A stretch of DNA of 13,352 nucleotides. It comes from a virus. Taxonomy: Duplodnaviria > Heunggongvirae > Uroviricota > Caudoviricetes. The stretch lies in IMG/VR virus record IMGVR_UViG_2667527789_000010; one strand, 5' to 3'. This document shows, in pieces, positions 1 through 6,457 of this stretch (its first letter is position 1; each line of letters begins with the position of its first letter). Position numbers and translations under genes: made by a program. The notes beneath the pieces were generated by a model that worked only from the letters and a program-made list of their open reading frames with translations, had not been told where the DNA came from and ran no database searches.

Positions 1-820
<820 letters not shown>

Positions 821-824
<4 letters not shown>

Positions 825-1132
825 ATATATTTATGATGAGGACGCTCGTGCTTATTGGCAGGATTTTCAATCTTAAAGGAGTACTGATGCTGCAGATAAG
901 ACTCAACTTTTTCTGACAATTTTTCTGCTACTTCCAGGAAGACTTGCCGGACGCTCCTTCTGGCTGCTGCCTCATAAAACTCCAGCGCAGCTCCTTCAAC
1001 ACGGTCCATGGCGACATCCAGGTCAAAAATTTCACCGTCAAAGCGTTCCTTGTCCTGTAAGGCTACAGTTACCGTAACTTTATTCTCAAAATTACGGACT
1101 CCTTTCACAACCAGTTCATAGTCTTGAGTCAT
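821..1132 (-). CDS. ydfR: YdfR-like lysis-cassette protein (DUF1327 by recall)
   Basis: 103-aa ORF between holin and endolysin, translationally coupled to the endolysin start. Position and length match Qin YdfR. Confidence 0.7.
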
Positions 1133-1136
1133 TGGA

Positions 1137-1352
1137 TTACTCTCCTCTCGCAGCCTTACGCCTGTCTTCTTTAATCTTGAAATAAAGATTTGTCAGATAC
1201 GTCAGCAGGCCAAAAACCAGGCTACCCAGCACACCGATTGCAGCCCACTGTGACGGAGTTACTTTATCGAGTAACTGTAATGCCCAGAAACCAGCATTAC
1301 CCGCCGATGTGCCATAGGCAACACCTGTTGTTAACTTATCCATTGATTTCAT
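1137..1352 (-). CDS. essQ: Holin, EssQ-like (71 aa)
   Basis: ATG at 1350-1352 preceded by GGTGAGGA. Product [71 protein letters not shown] has hydrophobic helices and a basic C-terminus. The track's 97-aa version is an upstream in-frame extension without an SD. Confidence 0.75.
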   Translation of the reverse strand: MKSMDKLTTGVAYGTSAGNAGFWALQLLDKVTPSQWAAIGVLGSLVFGLLTYLTNLYFKIKEDRRKAARGE

Positions 1353-1572
1353 ATCCTCACCCCGATGTACACGGATGGTGCAATATGTTTGAAAAAGATC
1401 GGAGTCTACGGGGTAGTTTTGACAGCACACGTTGTTCTCAACGGCGCTAAAGAAACATACACATTAAAAATGTGAGTAATTATTTTGAAAGAAAGTCATA
1501 TATAAAATAATAATACGAGAAATGTTTTCATATTTAGTGTACTGTATACGGCCATTTATACAGGAAAAGCCT

Positions 1573-1743
1573 ATGTCAGAACGTAAAGACTCAAAATCAC
1601 GCCGTAATTATCTCGTTAAATGTTCCTGCCCAAACTGCACCCAAGAGTCAGAACACAGTTTTTCAAGAGTACAAAAAGGTGCCCTTTTGATCTGCCCTCA
1701 TTGCAACAAAGTATTCCAGACAAATCTTAAAGCTGTAGCCTGA
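1573..1743 (+). CDS. Small hypothetical zinc-ribbon protein (56 aa) with two CxxC pairs
   Basis: ATG at 1573 with AGGAAAAG SD. Product MSERKDSKSRRNYLVKCSCPNCTQESEHSFSRVQKGALLICPHCNKVFQTNLKAVA carries CPNC...CPHC. Sits in a strongly AT-rich island (about 1440-1800) on the strand opposite the late operon, followed by a hairpin at 1806-1825. Confidence 0.4.
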   Translation: MSERKDSKSRRNYLVKCSCPNCTQESEHSFSRVQKGALLICPHCNKVFQTNLKAVA

Positions 1744-1800
1744 TTGATTTTATTAGTAACAAGTATTTTTTATATTTTAATAATATATTTAAAGCAGATA

Positions 1801-1825
1801 ATAAAAAACCCGCCTGAGCGGGTTT
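1801..1825. terminator. Rho-independent terminator hairpin, probably bidirectional (clear T-tract on minus strand)
   Basis: AAACCCGC-CTGA-GCGGGTTT perfect stem-loop at 1806-1825. On the minus strand it is followed by TTTTTT, so it can terminate the cspB transcript; on the plus strand it follows the zinc-ribbon ORF but lacks a strong U-tract. Confidence 0.5.
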
Positions 1826-2106
1826 GAGATTGTGGTGCTTTTTGTGGGAGTCATCCACTTACGCACTTTGTTTTGCGATGCCAGCAGTTAGCTTCTGCTG
1901 TGAAACTATTCATGCAGCAAACCTGCACTTCACCACAATGGTTAGCATACTTTTCCTGATTAAGATTTTGCCAAATATGCTAGCCATTGTTTCATGTATT
2001 GGACCTCCTTACTTTTTATTAAAGAGATCCAATATTCACTACTCTGTCCGTATCTCTACTCAGGCATCAGCCTTCTTCGTTATCGTATACAGACGAGCGA
2101 TGAATT

Positions 2107-2322
2107 TTAATCAGTAATGATGACATTTGCTGCTGCAGGACCTTTAGCACCACTCTCTATAGAGAAGGTAACCTTTTGACCTTCAAATAAGGTTCGATAA
2201 TTATCATTCTGAATCGCAGAAAAATGCACAAACACATCTTTACTACCATCAACAGGAGAAATAAAGCCGAAACCTTTATCAGCGTTAAACCATTTTACTA
2301 AACCAGTCATTTTATTTGACAT
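2107..2322 (-). CDS. cspB: Cold-shock protein CspB (CspA family, 71 aa)
   Basis: [71 protein letters not shown] has the RNP1 (KGFGFI) and RNP2 (VFVHF) motifs. SD AAGGAA upstream of the ATG at 2320-2322. Confidence 0.9.
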   Translation of the reverse strand: MSNKMTGLVKWFNADKGFGFISPVDGSKDVFVHFSAIQNDNYRTLFEGQKVTFSIESGAKGPAAANVIITD

Positions 2323-2480
2323 TCTACATTCCTTAACTTGAGCCTTTCGGCATAAATGGTTTGCATAACAGAAACGACTTCGTACTTAATTGGAGAGACT
2401 CAAAGAAGGAATAAGTGAATAACACCTGAAATGAGAACTGCTTTAGTAAACTACTTCGTATATCGTCTGTTCTTCAAACC
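2323..2480 (-). promoter_or_regulatory. cspB long 5' UTR with cold-box-like element
   Basis: About 160 nt of non-coding leader upstream of cspB. Minus strand contains TGAAGAACAGACGA (complement of about 2464-2477), resembling the cspA-family cold box UGACGUACAGA. The promoter itself was not pinned down. Confidence 0.4.
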
Positions 2481-2620
2481 GACGCAGTCATTAACTCATA
2501 GTTGAACATATGAAGCAATGTTTATTTTAGACATCCAGCCACCTTCAATCCTATCAAAAAAGTAGTTTTCTCCAGGAACGTGTGTATGGTGCACCAGGTT
2601 ATCAGTATTAAGGAGTTTTT

Positions 2621-2832
2621 CTGTCCCCTAAAATGACAGGAATTGTCAAAAACTTTGACTACAAAAGCAGCAAAGGTCTTATATTCCCATCCGATGGCGT
2701 ATCGATGCCCAGCTTCACGTTTCAGCTCTCAATCTTCGAGATGCAGAAGAAATTACCACAGGATTACGCGTGGAATTTTGCTGGATAAATGGTTCGCGTG
2801 GACCTTCAACTGCCAATGTTTATCCCGGGATG
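2621..2832 (+). pseudogene. cspF/cspH-like cold-shock gene, degraded (start-codon change, frameshift, no in-frame stop)
   Basis: Frame 2 from ATG 2633 gives [22 protein letters not shown]. The Csp-like sequence then continues in frame 1 from 2698 as [42 protein letters not shown], consistent with a 1-bp deletion near GGC|CGT at 2696-2700. The SD AAGGAG (2610-2615) is positioned for a codon at 2621 that is CTG. The C-terminal frame has no stop until 3159. Confidence 0.55.
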
Positions 2833-2867
2833 AGATTCAATATCTCTATTGCCCCATTTAAAGCACA

Positions 2868-2902
2868 AAAACCCGCTTATAAGCGGGTTTTCTACTTTTT
2901 TC
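2868..2902. terminator. Bidirectional rho-independent terminator (tR'-like for the late transcript and terminator of the cspF-like gene)
   Basis: Perfect palindrome AAACCCGCTTA|TAAGCGGGTTT (2870-2891) followed by TCTACTTTTTT on the plus strand and by TTTTTGTGCTTT on the minus strand. Confidence 0.6.
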
Positions 2903-2938
2903 TAAACGTCGGATACACAAAGCCCATCGTTGAGAAAA

Positions 2939-2967
2939 TCTTATCCATGTTTTTTGAAAAATGCAAA
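2939..2967 (-). promoter_or_regulatory. Candidate late promoter (PR'-like) immediately downstream of the Q-like gene
   Basis: Minus strand reads TTGCAT (complement of 2962-2967), a 17-nt spacer, then TAAGAT (complement of 2939-2944), starting about 30 nt after the quuQ stop and about 50 nt before the terminator at 2870-2891. The arrangement matches lambdoid Q/PR'/tR' logic. Confidence 0.35.
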
Positions 2968-2997
2968 CATCATGTCGCCATCTTCAGCAAAAATCAT

Positions 2998-3750
2998 TTA
3001 TCTCGTCACCTTCCTCAATTGCGCTTCCGCGTATGCTTCTTCCTGCCAGCACTTTGTTACCAGTTTACCAATGACGTCCGCATACCCCTTATACCACTGA
3101 TAATCGGTCAGGTCTGGTACCAGCTTCTGGACATGACGTCGTGCCAGCGTGGTCGGTAAACGACTAAACCGGTTTCCATTACAACGCCCACAAATCTTAT
3201 ATACCGGTACGCCATGAAACCGGGTTCTTTTTTCATCCAGAACAATCCCTTTACCCTTACACCCTCTGCACGCTGTGCTGACTTCGCCCTTACCATGGCA
3301 ATGCTGACATAGTTCCTTCACCCATTCTTCCTTGATTACAGATTCCCCGCGTCTGTAGTGTTTCACCACTTCGCGCAATACATTATAAAATCCCGTACCT
3401 GAACAATGCTCACAGCGAGCCTTACTTGCCGCAGACCTGGAGTAATCAGCAAAGGCAAAATTCACGAGGTAAGGAATAATCTGTAACCGGATTTCTTCAC
3501 TCAATTTGTTCAATGTCGGGTTATCCAGTGCCATCGCGTAATTTAGCAGGCCTTCAATCGCAAACTGAGCGTCCTGAACACCAACTTTTGCCAGAAATAA
3601 GGCCAACCCAAGTGGTGCTTTCGACTGCACCATCCCCTGCGCTGCCATTACATCCGTAATTGTTAAACAACCGGTGCCTGTCGCTGGAGCGTCATCGCTC
3701 AATTTTGGAGATTTTGGGGAGTAATATTTTGGTAAGGCTTCAAGGTTCAT
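2998..3750 (-). CDS. quuQ: Late-gene antiterminator Q-like protein (QuuQ-like, 250 aa) with four CxxCxGxG zinc-finger repeats
   Basis: ATG at 3748-3750 preceded by GGAG. Contains [24 protein letters not shown] and CGRCNGNR repeats. Sits directly upstream of the lysis cassette and candidate late promoter. Length matches K-12 QuuQ by recall. The track's 260-aa version is an upstream extension. Confidence 0.7.
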   Translation of the reverse strand: MNLEALPKYYSPKSPKLSDDAPATGTGCLTITDVMAAQGMVQSKAPLGLALFLAKVGVQDAQFAIEGLLNYAMALDNPTLNKLSEEIRLQIIPYLVNFAFADYSRSAASKARCEHCSGTGFYNVLREVVKHYRRGESVIKEEWVKELCQHCHGKGEVSTACRGCKGKGIVLDEKRTRFHGVPVYKICGRCNGNRFSRLPTTLARRHVQKLVPDLTDYQWYKGYADVIGKLVTKCWQEEAYAEAQLRKVTR

Positions 3751-3763
3751 GCTCGTTCTCCAC

Positions 3764-4813
3764 TTACGCCAGTACGCCAATTGCCAGCGCGCGATCGATA
3801 AAACGAAATATCAGCTCCAGTTGGGAGCCATACTTCTCTTCAAATGCCACTGTATCCGTATGCAGCTCGTTGTGATGCTTTCTGCACAAAGGCAACACAA
3901 AGAGATCATGTGCTTTTGTTCCCATTCCGCCCTGCCCGTGACCAATCAGATGATGCGGATCGTCGGCTGGCATACCGCAGCAAGCACACGGCTGTGTCTT
4001 AACCCAACGTGTGTATTTCTCCTTAACCCAGCGGCGACGTTTAGGCAGCTTCATGAAAGATTCCGGAGACTCTGGATCAACGGTGATGCTTACCACCGTC
4101 TTTTCCTGTGGTGTTTTTTGTTGCTGGTGGGCGTAAGGCAACGGTGCAAGATTTTTTGTGCGTTGTTTCAATATGCTGGTGGCGGTCTGCTCTCCCGGTA
4201 CGATGTCGCTTTCGCGGTACACCGAGCAGATTTTTTCCGCTGGTAATCCCAGCGAACGACGCGATACAGCCTCAGGTAGTGCATCCACCACCTGATTGCA
4301 GACCGCCCACCAGGATAATTCAGCCAAAGATAATTCCCGCTCCTGCGTACCGCTTATTGCGTGACGGATGACGTCAATCACCCATGCTGTCAGATTTTGT
4401 TGAGCAAGCAGCTCCAGTGATTCCGATGTCTGGTCACGCAGTTGGTTGTCGCAGTGCCAACACAACACCATTGCGCCGGTACCATAACGGTGAATGACTG
4501 TTTCAGAGTGATGGTAATCGCCATTAGGCCACTGGCAGGATGTAACATGACGTAATAGCCAGTCAGACAATGCGCCAACACCGCCAGCAGCACGAATCAC
4601 CCGTTCGTTACTAAAAAACGGCAGCAATGTTTTGTCTTCCGCCAGCGACTGGCGAACGGCAGGAACGACTCCGGATGGCAGATTACGCATGCTTTTTGGT
4701 TCCGGTTCCACCAGCACTCGAGGATTATGAAATATCTGTATGGATTCACGGCCCGGCTTAAGGACCACCAGCCCAAGCTCAGGCACCAGAACAGGTCTAA
4801 GTAATACCCGCAC
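3764..4813 (-). CDS. ydfU: YdfU-like protein (DUF968 by recall; 349 aa) with Cys/His-rich C-terminal motif
   Basis: GTG start at 4811-4813 preceded by a strong SD GGAGG and placed 1 nt after the stop of the upstream ORF; the track's ATG at 4852 would overlap that ORF. C-terminus contains CACCG...HHLIGHG...CRKHHNELH, a putative metal-binding or HNH-like region. Confidence 0.7.
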   Translation of the reverse strand: MRVLLRPVLVPELGLVVLKPGRESIQIFHNPRVLVEPEPKSMRNLPSGVVPAVRQSLAEDKTLLPFFSNERVIRAAGGVGALSDWLLRHVTSCQWPNGDYHHSETVIHRYGTGAMVLCWHCDNQLRDQTSESLELLAQQNLTAWVIDVIRHAISGTQERELSLAELSWWAVCNQVVDALPEAVSRRSLGLPAEKICSVYRESDIVPGEQTATSILKQRTKNLAPLPYAHQQQKTPQEKTVVSITVDPESPESFMKLPKRRRWVKEKYTRWVKTQPCACCGMPADDPHHLIGHGQGGMGTKAHDLFVLPLCRKHHNELHTDTVAFEEKYGSQLELIFRFIDRALAIGVLA

Positions 4814-4814
4814 G

Positions 4815-5093
4815 TTACCTCCAGATCCGTTGCTGGAAAGTGCGGGACGCACGTGGTGGGCGTTCGGAGTAAGGCAATCTGACTGAGATTATCCAGTGAC
4901 GGTAGTCGAGGCTAAGGGCTTTCTTAACCTCGTATCCGCGCCTGCGGTAACACTGAATTATCCATTCAGCCTGCTCTTCAGTGCATGGAGGGTGTTGGAA
5001 CCATTCAGACTTGAATGCGTGAGAATACCGCTCGTGCGTGCAGACAAGAACGGGCGAATTATCAGAATTGTAATATTTTACGTTGCGTGCCAT
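4815..5093 (-). CDS. Small prophage protein, Rem-like by position (92 aa)
   Basis: ATG at 5091-5093 preceded by GGAGAAAACCG. Lies directly upstream of ydfU, as rem does in Qin. Sequence identity to Rem was not verified. Confidence 0.5.
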   Translation of the reverse strand: MARNVKYYNSDNSPVLVCTHERYSHAFKSEWFQHPPCTEEQAEWIIQCYRRRGYEVKKALSLDYRHWIISVRLPYSERPPRASRTFQQRIWR

Positions 5094-5159
5094 CGGTTTT
5101 CTCCGGTGGCACGGTGTTACTCAGCGGGAGTTCAGCCCCGCGCAAGATTGTAGATGAGT

Positions 5160-5411
5160 TTATTCTTCTGCAAAAGCTAAAAAGCCTGCTTTTATTCCGA
5201 TCTCTTTCAGTGCCTGTAATGAAGTGACAAACTCACCTTCGCGCAAGATAAATCCGTCTGTCACTCGACCATCCACAAAATTAATTAACGCAGCCCCATT
5301 CTTTCGCAAACACATAATGCGGTAATGACTAACAAGATTTCCATTTTCAACGCACACAGCATAGAGGCCATCTTCACAAAAAATTTTACGCAATTCTTCG
5401 ATGTTCATCAT
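5160..5411 (-). CDS. Hypothetical protein (83 aa), unknown function
   Basis: ATG at 5409-5411 with SD GGAAGGA. Product MMNIEELRKIFCEDGLYAVCVENGNLVSHYRIMCLRKNGAALINFVDGRVTDGFILREGEFVTSLQALKEIGIKAGFLAFAEE. First gene after the hok terminator. Confidence 0.5.
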   Translation of the reverse strand: MMNIEELRKIFCEDGLYAVCVENGNLVSHYRIMCLRKNGAALINFVDGRVTDGFILREGEFVTSLQALKEIGIKAGFLAFAEE

Positions 5412-5530
5412 CAGAATCCTTCCGGATAATTAGCTCTCCCCTTTAAGGGACCATCCCTCTTATCCCTGCGCGCTACTTAAGTATTTTTGATTCTATTCCG
5501 GCACCGTCCAGAACTTCAAACGCGTTGAAA

Positions 5531-5559
5531 ATAAAAACAAAAACCCGCCGAAGCGGGTT
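5531..5559 (-). terminator. Rho-independent terminator of the hok transcript
   Basis: AACCCGC-CGAA-GCGGGTT hairpin (5542-5559). On the minus strand it is followed by TTTTTGTTTTTATTTT. A second hairpin GGCGAGGGA-TTTC-TCCCTCGCC (5599-5620) lies between the hok stop and this terminator and may be the 3' fold-back element of hok mRNAs. Confidence 0.6.
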
Positions 5560-5627
5560 AAGTGCGGGTGCGTTGAGGATGCCTGCCACATCAGAGGTGG
5601 CGAGGGATTTCTCCCTCGCCGGGTTTC

Positions 5628-5783
5628 TTACTCCTCAGGTTCGTAAGCTGTGAAGACAGCGACCTCCGTCTGGCCGGTTCGGATTCGTACCTCGCAGAGG
5701 TCTTTCCTCGTTACCAGTGCCGTCACTATGACGGTTAAACAGATGACGATCAGGGCGATTAACATCGCCTTTTGCTGCTTCAT
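5628..5783 (-). CDS. hokD: Hok-family type I toxin (51 aa), HokD-like
   Basis: MKQQKAMLIALIVICLTVIVTALVTRKDLCEVRIRTGQTEVAVFTAYEPEE: single TM helix plus the conserved Hok C-terminal region. SD AAGGAG lies 9 nt upstream of the ATG at 5781-5783. Confidence 0.85.
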   Translation of the reverse strand: MKQQKAMLIALIVICLTVIVTALVTRKDLCEVRIRTGQTEVAVFTAYEPEE

Positions 5784-5840
5784 AGCCTGCTTCTCCTTGC
5801 CTTTCGGCACGTAAGAGGCTAACCTACATATGTCTAGCAT
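5628..5840 (-). CDS. Mok-like reading frame (in-frame 19-codon N-terminal extension of hok)
   Basis: ATG at 5838-5840 with no SD gives MLDICRLASYVPKGKEKQA fused in frame to Hok. This resembles the chromosomal mok/hok arrangement in which mok shares the hok stop; that arrangement is recalled, not checked. Confidence 0.4.
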   Translation of the reverse strand: MLDICRLASYVPKGKEKQAMKQQKAMLIALIVICLTVIVTALVTRKDLCEVRIRTGQTEVAVFTAYEPEE

Positions 5841-5958
5841 GAAATTGGCCTCAGATTAATGTTAAGCGTCTTGCAGGACGCGTAATGTTAACTGGGGCTT
5901 TTCTCTATCTGCCGTTGGTGTTCATGCCCGAGGCAGATAGCCTCAAGCACCCGCAGCC

Positions 5959-5987
5959 ATTCTACTTAACTACCGTTACCTCGCCAA
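5959..5987 (-). promoter_or_regulatory. Candidate sigma70 promoter of the hok/mok transcript
   Basis: Minus strand reads TTGGCG, a 17-nt spacer, then TAGAAT (complement of 5982-5987 and 5959-5964). The predicted transcript from about 5951 to the terminator at about 5540 is roughly 410 nt, the size class of hok mRNAs. Confidence 0.4.
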
Positions 5988-6457
5988 TGTGAAATCAGTC
6001 AGAAAGGCGATCCATAAGAACAATAGCAAGACAATAAATCGCCATTACAGCCGTAATAGCCAGCGCACATTTGAGAACCAGCACCACAACCTCCTGTATT
6101 GGACGTAGACCAGTCCTGATGAATATGAGGCTGTCTCGTCAGTGATTCAATACAACTATTGGGTATAGTTTCTCTGATTTTTTCTGTGGAAATGGGGCAC
6201 AACCACTAGTCACCACCAGCACTTCTTTTAATACGCAAAGTCCGACACAAGCTAACCTTCTAGTCCGCTTTGAGCGAAAAACAGCCATAATTTAGTGCCA
6301 CGTATATAATGATAGAGCTATTCAAGCTAGCAATTCACATGTAAAAATTCAGAGGGTAGAAGCACATAGTTATAAATGTTGGCTCCATCGACAAATTGCG
6401 GTCTCAAGTACATTTATTAATGTTGCCCCCGCATTAACAAATCATCAAGGTGACGAC

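Noticed and set aside
1190-1450. 86-aa plus-strand ORF antisense to the holin gene
   Set aside because: Overlaps essQ on the opposite strand; product is low-complexity; the holin is strongly supported.
1824-2117. 97-aa plus-strand ORF downstream of the terminator hairpin
   Set aside because: Starts inside the terminator stem, has no SD, and lies in the cspB 3' region; the product is not protein-like.
2643-3159. Track ORFs 2643-2861 and 2770-3159 (plus strand)
   Set aside because: These are the shifted frames of the degraded cspF-like gene and read-through into the antisense strand of quuQ, not independent genes.
3108-4593. Several overlapping ORFs (3108-3296, 3660-3875, 3749-4246, 4108-4371, 4390-4593)
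   Set aside because: All lie within or antisense to the quuQ and ydfU coding regions, which have coupled starts and strong SDs.
4896-5227. Plus-strand ORFs 4896-5153 and 5015-5227
   Set aside because: Antisense to the Rem-like and 83-aa genes; no start signals.
5999-6202. 67-aa minus-strand ORF (Cys/Gly-rich)
   Set aside because: Low-complexity composition and no SD; the overlapping 30-codon frame with an AGGAGG SD is a better candidate, though itself unproven.
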